Shown piece after piece: positions 6,839 to 16,539 of a stretch of 64,000 nt of DNA. The number at the start of each line of letters is the position of its first letter. Within the stretch, counting starts at the first letter, position 1. The notes beneath the pieces are model-generated. The model saw only the letters and a list, made by a program, of their open reading frames with translations, was not told the origin of the DNA and made no database searches. Source of the stretch: an uncultured Akkermansia sp. (GTDB taxonomy: Bacteria; Verrucomicrobiota; Verrucomicrobiia; Verrucomicrobiales; Akkermansiaceae); assembly GCA_947626635.1 (NCBI GenBank), contig CANQSY010000001.1, positions 592 to 64,591 of the forward strand, written 5' to 3'. Position numbers and translations under genes: made by a program.

Positions 6839-9814
6839 TCACTTCTCCCGGGAAGGCTGCGGACGGATAACTTGCAGCGGCACTTTCACCTCGGGCAAAC
6901 CCTCAGCCGATATCGTGACCTCCGCCACACCGGCAGCACGGCGCTGACCGCGAACGATGGCGAGGATGCGTCCATTGAAAAAGCTCTGGTGGGGGGATTG
7001 CATGCAGGTATGGTCAATAGGATTGCCGTTGCAAAAGCCGATCAAGTCCGCCGGTCCGGAAATGGCGAAGGATACGGGGCGACTGTCGGTAAGCACCGGA
7101 TTCCCCTGCTCGTCGGTAAGGGTCAGTTCAATGAAAGAAAGGTCCTCTCCATCGCCAACGAGAGACTGTTGGTCAACCTGAGCAACGACCTTCGCCGTGG
7201 TGCCGGGGGTCTTGCGCGAGGCCTCGGCCCAAAGCTGTCCGTGGTACTTGACGACGACGCGTATCTCACCGGGTTCATAGACGACATCCTCCCAGACGAA
7301 ACGGTAGGCGTTTTTGGGGATGGAGATATCCTTCTGGCAGAAAAGGTTCCCCTCACCTTTGCGTCGAATTCCCTGACTCTTGCCGTTGACAAAAAGCTCG
7401 GCCTCATCGCCGGAGCTGTAACACACCACAGGCGTCACCTTTCCTTCGCGTCCGGGCCAATTCCAGTGCGGCAACAAGTGGGCAAATTGCTCATGCGGTT
7501 TCCAGCGGCTGCGGTACAGGTAATAAATATCCTTGGGGAAGCCCGCGAGATCGAAGATGCCGAAATAGGAGCTGCGGCTCGGCGCCTTGTTTCCCATGGC
7601 CTTCAAGTTATCCATGACGGCCTTCTTCTCCTGATCGGACATACCCTGTAAATTGCCCACGTTCGAGGCGTCCTGGTTGTACGGCGTCGGTTCACCGATG
7701 TAATCAAAACCTGTCCATACAAATTCACCCGCGATGCGCGGCGCCGCGTCGTGAGCGGCGAACTCGATATCCGGACAGTTTCCCCAGACGGGAGCATAGA
7801 GACCATAGGAACTCACCTGGAAGGCACGCATCCCGCCCGATACATTCCACTCCATGGGGAAAAAGTACGTATCCCGGGTGCCGACGCAGGAGCAGGTCTC
7901 AGCGCCGTAGAAGGGCATATTGGGACGCGTTACGTCATAGACCCCGTAGAGGTGGGGCTTGTAGTTAAAACCAAAAACATCCAGCGTATCACCAAAGCCA
8001 TTCCATGGACCGTCCTTGTGGTTCACCCCGGCGGTAAAGGGACGCGTCGGGTCATATTTGCGGAACTCATTGCGCAACTCGATAGAGACCTTGGAACCAC
8101 CGGGAAGGAATATCTCAGCTATCTCATTACCGCCGCTCCAGGCAATGACGCAGGGGTGATTGCGGTCGCGGCGCACGAAATTGGAGACATCTTTTTTCCA
8201 CCAATCGGTCCAATCGATGTGGTAGCCGTTGCCCTTGTCGTATTTTTGGGCTCTCCAGATATCAAAGAGCTCATCAACCACAAGAATGCCCTTCTCATCA
8301 CACAGGTCCAGAACCTCGGGCGCGGGTGGGTTGTGGGAGGTGCGGATGGCATTGCAGCCCATGTCCTGAAGGAGACGAATTTTGCGTTCGAAGGCTTTTT
8401 TATAGAAGGCGGCGCCGAGCGCGCCGAGGTCGTGGTGTTCGCAGACGCCACGCAGCTCAACACGTCGTCCATTCAGGAAAAAACCGTCCGGTGTCCATTC
8501 CGCCGTGCGCACGCCAAAACGCGTGTGGTGGACCTCGGGCTCCTTATTTTGCTCGCGGAGAGTTGTCGTGAGGGTGTAGAGGTGAGGATTTTCACAGCAC
8601 CACCATACCGGCTTATCGAGGAGGATTTCTTGCTCCACGGTGCGGGCCTCACCCGGGGCGAGAGTCACCTGCAGGGGAGAGGCTTGTCTATCACCGACCT
8701 TTTGCTCGAGAGTGAGGACAGCCGGCTGAGCGCCTGTGTTTTCAAGGTCCGTGTGTACGGTGACGATCGCATGATCTCGGGAAATTTCAGGGGTCCGCAC
8801 GCAGATGCCCCGGTAGGCGACATGAGCGGGATGGGAACGAACGAGGCGGACGTGGCGATAGATGCCGGCACCCGGGTACCAGCGGGAGGAAAGAGGTCGA
8901 TTGCTGGCCAGCACCGCCACGAGGTTTTCCTCTCCCGCCTTGAGAAAGGGAGTCATATCCACGCGAAATGAGTTGTACCCGTACGCCCATTTTCCTGCCA
9001 GTTGCCCGTTCACGTAGACCTGTGGGTGGGACATCACGCCGTCAAAGTCGAGGTAATAGCGCTCGGTTGAAGACGAGAAATCAGCCGGGACAGGGAAAGA
9101 TTTGCGATACCAGCCATAGCCCACCCAGGGCAGCTTACCTGTTTCGTTGGGTTCTTCCTTGAGGAACTTGCTCTCGATTGCCCAATCGTGGGGGACGTGG
9201 ACAGCGCGGAAACCGGTCGCATCATACCCGGGCTGAGCCGGTTCATCCGGGGAATGCTCACTCACCGGCTCGACCCTCCTGCCTTCCCGATCCACGAGCA
9301 CAATCTCGCGCACACTTGCCCATGCGGTACCTGTCGTGTCCGGGAAGGAGATGCGAATTTTTTCCAGAATTCTCTCTCCGATGGGGAGACGGGTGAGAAG
9401 GTTCTCCCGGCGCACGGTCTTTTTCTCCACCGAGCCGGGGTAAACGAGTTCAATGTCCACATTCTGGGGCACGCTCTTCTCCCAGTAGATATCCACAACA
9501 CGCAGGGGCGTCTTGTTGCCGATATTGACCTCAATCCGGTAGCCCGGACGGGAATCAGGCGCGCACCAGCGAGTCTGCATATTGCCATCCATGGCATGAC
9601 TGCATGGGTGATAAATCTGCGAACCACCGGAGGATTTGATGCAGGAGGCCTCCTCAAAGGGGTCCCCTTTGCCGAAGTACTTGAAGGACCATCCTTCGTC
9701 AAAGCAAGTGGTCTGCGGCCGCACTCGGGGCTTTTCTCCTTCCTTCTCCTCGGGCTGACATGCTACGACAAGAACCGCGCAGCACACCATCCCTATCCGA
9801 TTTAGCATTTTCAT
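6839..9814 (-). CDS. GH2 beta-galactosidase, lipoprotein with N-terminal discoidin (F5/8 type C)-like domain
   Basis: Lipobox VVAC; VPHDWAI, LRGVCEHHDLGALG, IRTSHNPP, acid/base GGNE, nucleophile GAET, C-terminal DUF4982-like region. Confidence 0.9.
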   Translation of the reverse strand: MKMLNRIGMVCCAVLVVACQPEEKEGEKPRVRPQTTCFDEGWSFKYFGKGDPFEEASCIKSSGGSQIYHPCSHAMDGNMQTRWCAPDSRPGYRIEVNIGNKTPLRVVDIYWEKSVPQNVDIELVYPGSVEKKTVRRENLLTRLPIGERILEKIRISFPDTTGTAWASVREIVLVDREGRRVEPVSEHSPDEPAQPGYDATGFRAVHVPHDWAIESKFLKEEPNETGKLPWVGYGWYRKSFPVPADFSSSTERYYLDFDGVMSHPQVYVNGQLAGKWAYGYNSFRVDMTPFLKAGEENLVAVLASNRPLSSRWYPGAGIYRHVRLVRSHPAHVAYRGICVRTPEISRDHAIVTVHTDLENTGAQPAVLTLEQKVGDRQASPLQVTLAPGEARTVEQEILLDKPVWWCCENPHLYTLTTTLREQNKEPEVHHTRFGVRTAEWTPDGFFLNGRRVELRGVCEHHDLGALGAAFYKKAFERKIRLLQDMGCNAIRTSHNPPAPEVLDLCDEKGILVVDELFDIWRAQKYDKGNGYHIDWTDWWKKDVSNFVRRDRNHPCVIAWSGGNEIAEIFLPGGSKVSIELRNEFRKYDPTRPFTAGVNHKDGPWNGFGDTLDVFGFNYKPHLYGVYDVTRPNMPFYGAETCSCVGTRDTYFFPMEWNVSGGMRAFQVSSYGLYAPVWGNCPDIEFAAHDAAPRIAGEFVWTGFDYIGEPTPYNQDASNVGNLQGMSDQEKKAVMDNLKAMGNKAPSRSSYFGIFDLAGFPKDIYYLYRSRWKPHEQFAHLLPHWNWPGREGKVTPVVCYSSGDEAELFVNGKSQGIRRKGEGNLFCQKDISIPKNAYRFVWEDVVYEPGEIRVVVKYHGQLWAEASRKTPGTTAKVVAQVDQQSLVGDGEDLSFIELTLTDEQGNPVLTDSRPVSFAISGPADLIGFCNGNPIDHTCMQSPHQSFFNGRILAIVRGQRRAAGVAEVTISAEGLPEVKVPLQVIRPQPSREK

Positions 9815-9865
9815 ACTCCTGGAATGAGTCTTTCTACTCTATACGTGAAAATAACCAACAATCTT

Positions 9866-11437
9866 TCAATTTCCGCCGCGTAATTGAGATTCAAACTGGC
9901 GAAATTGAATAGCCTCCAGCAGGTCCTCATCCGACGGAAGCTCGCGTCCGGCGAGATCAGCCATCGTGCGAGTGACGCGCAAAATACGATCAAACGCGCG
10001 CGCTGAGAGACCGAATTGCTCGACGGCCGACAGCAGAAGGGTCTCCTGTGCCGCCGTGAGAGGACAGTACCGGCGGATCAATTTACCGGAGAGTCGGGCA
10101 TTGCAGGTGACCGCCGTACCGGCATAGCGCTTTTGCTGGATGAGACGGGCGGCTGTCACCCGGGCGCGTATCTCGGCACTGCTCTCACCATCCGGTTTGC
10201 TCAGCAGGCTCGAGGGATCCACGGCCGGCACCTCAATCACCATGTCGAAGCGGTCCAGTAAGGGACCGGATATTTTTTTGCGATAACGGGCAATATCCGC
10301 CGGTTTACAGCGGCAGACGTGTCGCGCATCTCCCAGATAGCCGCAGGGGCACGGGTTCATCGCGGCTACAAGCATGAACTGGCAAGGGAAATCCATGGAA
10401 CCGCTGGCGCGGGATATCGTCACGACTCCGCTTTCAAGGGGCTGTCGGAGGGTTTCCAAGGTACGGCGATTGAACTCCGGCAACTCATCGAGGAAGAGGA
10501 CACCGTGGTGCGCCAGGGTAATCTCGCCGGGGGAAATGTTGCTGCCTCCCCCCATGAGACCGACATCGGATATCGTATGGTGCGGGGAGCGAAAGGGACG
10601 TGAACGCAACAACCCCGCGCCCTTGGGCAGCAGACCGCACACAGAGTGAATCTTGCTCACTTCCAGAGCCTCGTCGGTGGTCATAGGCGGCAGAATGGTA
10701 GGCAGGCGGGACGCAAGCATACTCTTGCCACTGCCGGGAGAGCCGCTCATGAGCAGGTTGTGTCCCCCTGCCGCCGCCACTTCCATGGCTCGCCGCGCGT
10801 ACGGCTGTCCCTTGATCTCATCAAAGTCGGGCAGACCCATTGCAAGCTCAACCTGATCCGAACTTTCGTACGGCGCGTGCGACGCGCGATCCAGCAGCAC
10901 CTCCCACGCCTCCGACAAATTCCGCACCGCGTACACCTGCATCCCCTCTACCACGGCGGCTTCTGCCGCATTTTCGGGAGAGAGCATGATGTATTGTCGA
11001 CCGGCCTCGCGCGCTGCAATCGTCTGCGGCAGGATACCGCGCACGCCGCGCACTTCACCGTCCAGGGCAAGCTCCCCCACGATGCACCAATCATCAACAT
11101 CGGTAGGGATGCGGCGGCGGTAGGCTTCCGGCAGGCCATTGTAATTGGCTTGGATGGCCATCTCGAGACCGATGGCGATGGGGAGATCAAAGCCGGGGCC
11201 CTGTTTTTTGACATCGGCCGGGGCGAGATTGACCGTAGCAAGAATCTGCCCCGGGCAGAAAAAGCGGCTGTTTTGGAGGGCGGCTGTGACGCGTTGGGTG
11301 CTTTCCCTCACGGCCGTATCCGGCAAGCCGACCACGACAAAACGGCCGGTCTCCTCCACCTTCTTCACATCGACCTCAACCTGCACCTCGTAACCGGTGA
11401 TACCATTGACTGCTGCACTGTGTAAACGGGATATCAT
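9866..11437 (-). CDS. comM: YifB/ComM Mg-chelatase-like AAA+ ATPase
   Basis: VVVGLPDTAVRES, NLAPADVKKQGPGFDLPIA, Walker A GSPGSGKS, LFLDELPEF, CPCGY zinc motif; start taken at the second Met (ORF track gives 11452). Confidence 0.9.
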   Translation of the reverse strand: MISRLHSAAVNGITGYEVQVEVDVKKVEETGRFVVVGLPDTAVRESTQRVTAALQNSRFFCPGQILATVNLAPADVKKQGPGFDLPIAIGLEMAIQANYNGLPEAYRRRIPTDVDDWCIVGELALDGEVRGVRGILPQTIAAREAGRQYIMLSPENAAEAAVVEGMQVYAVRNLSEAWEVLLDRASHAPYESSDQVELAMGLPDFDEIKGQPYARRAMEVAAAGGHNLLMSGSPGSGKSMLASRLPTILPPMTTDEALEVSKIHSVCGLLPKGAGLLRSRPFRSPHHTISDVGLMGGGSNISPGEITLAHHGVLFLDELPEFNRRTLETLRQPLESGVVTISRASGSMDFPCQFMLVAAMNPCPCGYLGDARHVCRCKPADIARYRKKISGPLLDRFDMVIEVPAVDPSSLLSKPDGESSAEIRARVTAARLIQQKRYAGTAVTCNARLSGKLIRRYCPLTAAQETLLLSAVEQFGLSARAFDRILRVTRTMADLAGRELPSDEDLLEAIQFRQFESQLRGGN

Positions 11438-11441
11438 GAGC

Positions 11442-12071
11442 TTATTTGACAATGACCTTGGAACCGACGGCTAATTTTTCGAAGAGGATACTGCACGCCT
11501 CGGGCGGGATGCGCACGCAGCCATGAGATTCTCCACTGCGATACACACTGCCGACGTGCATACCGATCGCACCGTTGAAGCGCATCCAGTAAGGCATGAG
11601 CGCCCCCTTAAAATGCGAGCCTTTCGGTGCCTTCTGCCATGATTGGACATCCCCTTTCACGATCACGCTATTCGCATCCACAAAGCTGCCGTAGCTGGTG
11701 GAGCGATGTTCACGTTTTTTCTCCGTAATGCGAAAGGTGCCACGGGGCGTTTCGTGTCCGCCCACTCTGCCGGAGCAAACGGGAAAATCCATGGCGATCT
11801 GGTCGTTGATATAGAGGCGTCCTCTCTGCTCCCGCAAGAGAATCTCCACGCGAGAATGCTGCGGGGCGTACATCTCGAGGGCGCGACCTCGCCACATATC
11901 TCTCGACATACTGTAACTCGGGCTGGCAATAAATTGTTCGTAGGTGCGCGCTACCCTCTTGTTCTTGCTAGCCGCCTCTAAACGGGCACCGGTCACGTAG
12001 GGGTCTTCATGGACGCTCCCGCATGCCGCCAGACATACACTCAATACAGCAATGGCAAGATTTCTCATCAT
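11442..12071 (-). CDS. L,D-transpeptidase (YkuD family) lipoprotein
   Basis: Lipobox LAAC; TPRGTFRI, MPYWMRF, IGMHVG...SHGCVRI catalytic motif. Confidence 0.88.
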   Translation of the reverse strand: MMRNLAIAVLSVCLAACGSVHEDPYVTGARLEAASKNKRVARTYEQFIASPSYSMSRDMWRGRALEMYAPQHSRVEILLREQRGRLYINDQIAMDFPVCSGRVGGHETPRGTFRITEKKREHRSTSYGSFVDANSVIVKGDVQSWQKAPKGSHFKGALMPYWMRFNGAIGMHVGSVYRSGESHGCVRIPPEACSILFEKLAVGSKVIVK

Positions 12072-13387
12072 GAATGTTCGCGGTAAGCGGCTATACGCGC
12101 CGCAAATTCCTTCGGCAGGGTGGCTTTCACCACGACATCGTTCCCTTCATAGTCCAGCGAAATCACTTTCCCGTCCCGGTGCATGAGGGCGAGGAGGCGA
12201 CTCTCCGCCTGGGGGATGCGGTACATTTGGGTGACGACTCGGTGCGAGAGCATCTCCACACAAGCTTCGAGCAGCTGCGGCATACCTTCCCCCAAGCGAA
12301 CGCTCAACGAAAGACATTTTCTGTCCTCTGCTCTCTGACGCATTTGCCGGAGCACCTCCGCTTGCCTCTCCTTATCCAGAAGATCCATTTTATTGCACAC
12401 CACCACCATCGGCTTGTCCCCCGCTCCGAGTTCCGCAAGAACCTCACACGTGGTCTCGTAGTGTCGCAGCACCTCGGCGTCACTCGCGTCCACGACGTGA
12501 ATCAGACAATCTGCCAACACGGCTTCCTCCAACGTGGATTTGAACGCCTCCACAAGACGATGCGGCAAATTGCGGATGAAACCTACCGTATCGGTCAGCA
12601 CGAGGGGTTGACCATCTGGCAGCTCGATTTTGCGGCTCGTCGTGTCCAGCGTGGCAAAAAGGACATCCTTCGCGAGAACGCCGGCATCAGTGAGCGCATT
12701 GAGAAGGCTCGATTTGCCCGCATTCGTGTAGCCGACGATGGCGGCGCCGGGTATCCCCTGACGGACGCGTTCCTTGCGTTGCGTAGCGCGCTGGCGGCGC
12801 ACGGTCTCGAGCTCATCGCGGATGGCTTCAATCCGTTCATGAGCGAGCCGACGATCGACCTCAATCTGCTTCTCTCCTTCTCCGCGGGCAGCTGCGCCGC
12901 CGCCCTTGCCGCCGCCGGAGCCTCCGCGCTGGCGGTCGAGGTGTTTCCACATGCCCGCCATGCGCGGCAAGGCGTACTGCATACGAGCCAGATCCACCTG
13001 CAGGGTAGCCTCGCGCGTGCGAGCGCGTTCTGCGAAGATATCGAGAATGATCTCTTCACGATCCCAAACGGGGAGGTCGGTCAATTTTTCCCACTCGCGC
13101 TGTTGGGAGGGAGTGAGTAAATTATCGATCACCAGGCAATCCGCGTGGAGCGACTCCGTCAAGCCGCGAATCTCCTCCGCCTTGCCAATGCCGCAGAGGT
13201 ATTTCGCCTGGAGTTCCCGAATCCACACCACGCGACTTTCCACAATCCCCATGCCGAGATTGCTCACGAGAGCCACCAGTTCCGCCAGCAGGGCTTCGCG
13301 CTCTCGCCTGTCGTCGCCGGGCATGCCGATACCCACCAACAGCGCGCGCTGAGGTTGCTCCGGCATCTCGCGAATTTCAAACGACAT
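12068..13387 (-). CDS. hflX: Ribosome-splitting GTPase HflX
   Basis: GYTNAGKSS, LFATLDTT, DTVGF, NKMD motifs; N-terminal HflX domain. Confidence 0.95.
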   Translation of the reverse strand: MSFEIREMPEQPQRALLVGIGMPGDDRREREALLAELVALVSNLGMGIVESRVVWIRELQAKYLCGIGKAEEIRGLTESLHADCLVIDNLLTPSQQREWEKLTDLPVWDREEIILDIFAERARTREATLQVDLARMQYALPRMAGMWKHLDRQRGGSGGGKGGGAAARGEGEKQIEVDRRLAHERIEAIRDELETVRRQRATQRKERVRQGIPGAAIVGYTNAGKSSLLNALTDAGVLAKDVLFATLDTTSRKIELPDGQPLVLTDTVGFIRNLPHRLVEAFKSTLEEAVLADCLIHVVDASDAEVLRHYETTCEVLAELGAGDKPMVVVCNKMDLLDKERQAEVLRQMRQRAEDRKCLSLSVRLGEGMPQLLEACVEMLSHRVVTQMYRIPQAESRLLALMHRDGKVISLDYEGNDVVVKATLPKEFAARIAAYREHS

Positions 13388-13405
13388 CTCGTTCCTCTCT
13401 CTCCA

Positions 13406-13543
13406 TCAACGAAAACTCTGTGAATGCGTCACCGGCACGTCGCGCAAGTAGTCGCTATTCCCCTTGCACGAGCACTCGCCGCACGACGACAAGATGCATG
13501 CGCCCAGCAGCGCAACGACTCCCATGATTCCAACTGTTTTCAT
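13406..13543 (-). CDS. Small Cys-rich putative lipoprotein, 45 aa (not in the ORF track)
   Basis: Manual translation MKTVGIMGVVALLGACILSSCGECSCKGNSDYLRDVPVTHSQSFR; signal peptide with lipobox LSSC; AAAGGG before the ATG; ends 18 bp upstream of hflX. Confidence 0.65.
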   Translation of the reverse strand: MKTVGIMGVVALLGACILSSCGECSCKGNSDYLRDVPVTHSQSFR

Positions 13544-13747
13544 ACCCTTTCATTCAACCCCAGAATGGCAAAAAAATCAAGCCTTATTTGCTCCACGACA
13601 GCTTAGAAAGGTTCGTGGTAACACGATGCCTTCGTGCTAACCGTGCTTCCTTCGTCCATAGAAAACGCCTGGGATATGGATTGAATAAGCCCGGAGAAGA
13701 ATTTTTTATTGGGACGCGTGAGCTTCAGCGCGTCGTTGGCTCGTCCA

Positions 13748-14389
13748 TCAATTGTCGGAAGGTTCCGGCGACGCGGATTTTTCCATTTGGGTACGACCCT
13801 GGAGAGCGCGCATGACGGTGATGGCATCGGTCTGGGCAAGACCGGCGCCCGCGGGCATACCCTGGGCCAGGCGGGAGATGCGGCAGGGGAGATTCCGAAG
13901 CTGCTCAGCGAGGAAAAGAGCGGTGGCTTCCCCTTCGACATCACTGCCGACGGCGAGTATGACCTCGCAATCGGGGTGAGACCTGACGCGCTCAATGAGT
14001 TTGTCGACGGCAAGATTCTCGGGCATCACCCCATCCAAGGGGGACAATTTGCCGCCGAGGCAGTGGTAGAGCCCATGAAAGAAACCGCTGCGTTCGATGG
14101 GGAGGACGTCTGTGGCCTGTTCAACAACGCATATCTGAGAAGCATCGCGAGCAGGATCGGAGCAGGCCGTGCAGAGTTCCCCCTTTGCTGCAAAGAAACC
14201 GCACCGGGGGCACATCGCTGTGGACTCCACCGCCGCGGTGATGGCCTGCGCCAGAGCCGAGGCATCCGTCTGTCCATTTTTCAAAATCCACAGGGCCAAG
14301 CGCTCAGCACTCCGCCGTCCTGTGCCGGGCAGGTGCGAGAGCTGCGTGATAAGTTCACGAACAGCAGCTGGATAATCCTGAGCTTTCAT
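13748..14389 (-). CDS. recR: Recombination mediator RecR
   Basis: LPGTGRRSAERLA, C4 zinc finger CPRCG..CTAC, TOPRIM VVEQ..D, DVEGEATA; start MKAQDY at 14389. Confidence 0.95.
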   Translation of the reverse strand: MKAQDYPAAVRELITQLSHLPGTGRRSAERLALWILKNGQTDASALAQAITAAVESTAMCPRCGFFAAKGELCTACSDPARDASQICVVEQATDVLPIERSGFFHGLYHCLGGKLSPLDGVMPENLAVDKLIERVRSHPDCEVILAVGSDVEGEATALFLAEQLRNLPCRISRLAQGMPAGAGLAQTDAITVMRALQGRTQMEKSASPEPSDN

Positions 14390-14865
14390 GAACGGATGGA
14401 GCGACAGACAAGTGTTCCCGGCACAAGAAGCACCCACAAAATAACGACACAGAGCAACGGCTGACCAACGTAAAACACCCCATGCCACAGAATGCCCGCC
14501 ACGCCCGGCAACCCCACCGCGATGAATGCCAACAGGGCGACGTGAGTGCGCCGCCACATGCTTTTCCCACGCAGTAAGACAGCCGAGAGATACAGCGTTA
14601 TCCCGACGCAGAGACTAAACGTAACACCGGGCGACAACAACGAAACCTGAGCATCTTCCGCTGTAAGGTAAAAGGGATGACCTGCCAGAAAGCGCAGCTG
14701 AAGCTCGTCGAGCATGATGAGGACACCACAGGCTTGCAGAGCTACGGTCAATCCCAGCACGAGCAGCGTTACCACCGCCCACTGCAGCATCTTATCATCC
14801 TGCGTGTGGCGGCTTCGCAGCCCCGCTAGATAGTCGCTCACTTTGCCGAGTAATTTTTGGTGCAT
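14386..14865 (-). CDS. Hypothetical membrane protein (about 4 TM helices)
   Basis: 159 aa hydrophobic ORF overlapping the recR start by 4 bp. Confidence 0.7.
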   Translation of the reverse strand: MHQKLLGKVSDYLAGLRSRHTQDDKMLQWAVVTLLVLGLTVALQACGVLIMLDELQLRFLAGHPFYLTAEDAQVSLLSPGVTFSLCVGITLYLSAVLLRGKSMWRRTHVALLAFIAVGLPGVAGILWHGVFYVGQPLLCVVILWVLLVPGTLVCRSIRS

Positions 14866-14968
14866 GGGCGGAAGAGAAAAACGTTGGAAGCAGCAGTGCG
14901 ACGGATCAGCGACCTACCACGGTTCACCGTTGCGGCGTCCCCCTCGTCTGAGGGGTTCCTTCGCCGAA

Positions 14969-16225
14969 TCAGGCTTCGAAGCGCTGCACAATGAGCGAAG
15001 CATTATGACCGCCGAAGCCGAAAGAATTGCTCAGCGCTACGCGTACATCATGACTGCGGCCCTGGTTGGCACACACATCGAGGTCACACTCGGGGTCCTG
15101 GTGGAAGACGTTGATCGTGGGCGGTACATAATTCTCACGGACAGCCATGACGCAGGCCAGCAACTCAATCCCGCCCGCAGCTCCGAGCAAGTGACCTGTC
15201 ATCGACTTGGTGGAACTCACCAGCAGACCGTTCTGCGCGTACGAACCGAAGGTCCGTTTGATGGCCTTGACCTCGCAAATGTCCCCCAAATGGGTCGATG
15301 TACCGTGCGTATTCACATAATCGATGTCCTCCGCCTTGAGTCCGGCATGATCCATCGCCATCTGCATACAGCGGCTCGCGCCCTCGCCATCCGGCATGGG
15401 AGAGGTCAGGTGGTACCCATCCGCGCTCAATCCATAGCCCACGAGTTCAGCGAGGATTCTGGCTCCTCGGGCCTGCGCGTGCTCCAGTGTCTCCAAGACA
15501 ACGACGCCGGCGCCCTCACCCATCACAAAGCCATCGCGGTCGATGTCATAGGGTCTGGAGGCCGTAGCGGGGTCATCATTACGGGTAGAAAGAGCCTTCA
15601 TGTTGGCGAACCCGGCAATGCCGATCGGCAAAATCGACGCCTCGGCTCCGCCGCAAATCATGACGTCAGCATCGCCGAACTTCATGATACGCCAAGCCTC
15701 GCCTATGGAGTGATTCGACGTCGCGCAGGCGGTAGAGATACTCATGTTAGGTCCCCCGAAACCAAACTCAATGCTCACCATGCCGCTGGCCATGTTGGTG
15801 ATCATGTAGGGGATGCAAAAGGGAGACACGCGTCTCATCCCACTCTTTATCAATATTTCACAGTTAGACCCGTGGATACCCAAACCTCCGATACCGGAGC
15901 CTATCATGACCCCTACTCTCTCCTTATTTTCCTTCTCGGGATCCAACCCGGCATCCTCGATCGCCATCACCGTAGCGGCCATAGCCAATTGTTCAAACCG
16001 ATCACACCTCCTCACTGCCTTCGGATCCTTGCGAAAATACGGGACCGGATCAAATCCCCTCACCTGACCCGCTATCTGAACAGGGAAAGTTTCCACTCCC
16101 TCCAAACCTTCTATGCGCTGGATTCCGCAGCGACCGGCCTTCATGCCCTTCCACGTTTCCTCCGCGCTATTTCCCAAGGGCGATAACGCGCCTATGCCCG
16201 TGATGACGATTCGACGTGCTTTCAT
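14969..16225 (-). CDS. fabF: Beta-ketoacyl-ACP synthase II
   Basis: ISTACATS catalytic Cys, HGTST, GHLLGAAG, SNSFGFGGHNA. Confidence 0.96.
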   Translation of the reverse strand: MKARRIVITGIGALSPLGNSAEETWKGMKAGRCGIQRIEGLEGVETFPVQIAGQVRGFDPVPYFRKDPKAVRRCDRFEQLAMAATVMAIEDAGLDPEKENKERVGVMIGSGIGGLGIHGSNCEILIKSGMRRVSPFCIPYMITNMASGMVSIEFGFGGPNMSISTACATSNHSIGEAWRIMKFGDADVMICGGAEASILPIGIAGFANMKALSTRNDDPATASRPYDIDRDGFVMGEGAGVVVLETLEHAQARGARILAELVGYGLSADGYHLTSPMPDGEGASRCMQMAMDHAGLKAEDIDYVNTHGTSTHLGDICEVKAIKRTFGSYAQNGLLVSSTKSMTGHLLGAAGGIELLACVMAVRENYVPPTINVFHQDPECDLDVCANQGRSHDVRVALSNSFGFGGHNASLIVQRFEA

Positions 16226-16235
16226 GCTTTGCCTT

Positions 16236-16264
16236 ACCCTACCCGATATCTTCCCTCATGTCAA
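16236..16264 (-). promoter_or_regulatory. Promoter of fabF
   Basis: TTGACA-17bp-TAGGGT, 10 nt before the ATG. Confidence 0.5.
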
Positions 16265-16363
16265 GCATTTTAATTGCAGTCACTTCGAAGTGCACACGTG
16301 TCCCAAGAAAAGGCGAGCACACGAACGATCATCGCAGTTTCAAACAGCATAACACATTGGTTG

Positions 16364-16505
16364 TTTATGATTGACGATATAGTGAATTCACGCACCGCTG
16401 GCGAGGGATGCCAAGCAAATGCTAAGCGGAATTTCCATGGTCAACGGTGATATCAGCCCACATGGGCACTTTCTCCGTTGATGAACTTCTTTTAAATGCG
16501 TTTGC
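16364..16505 (+). repeat. Eroded copy of the modular repeat family
   Basis: Degenerate heptamers TTTATGATTGACGATAT, then GAATTCACGCACCGCTGGCG..GCCAAGC..AAGCGGAATTTCC.TGGTCAACGGTGAT; 16470-16505 matches the reverse complement of 43289-43324 (21 bp exact). Confidence 0.7.
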
Positions 16506-16539
16506 CCTGCATAGAAGCGCTTGACAAGGGAATAAAAAT

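Noticed and set aside
13603-14013. 136-aa ORF overlapping recR
   Set aside because: It mostly overlaps recR in another frame, and the non-overlapping tail has no recognisable start or motif.
16281-16292. Palindrome CACTTCGAAGTG upstream of fabF as an operator
   Set aside because: A single 12-bp palindrome with no second copy seen and no known motif match; compatible with chance.
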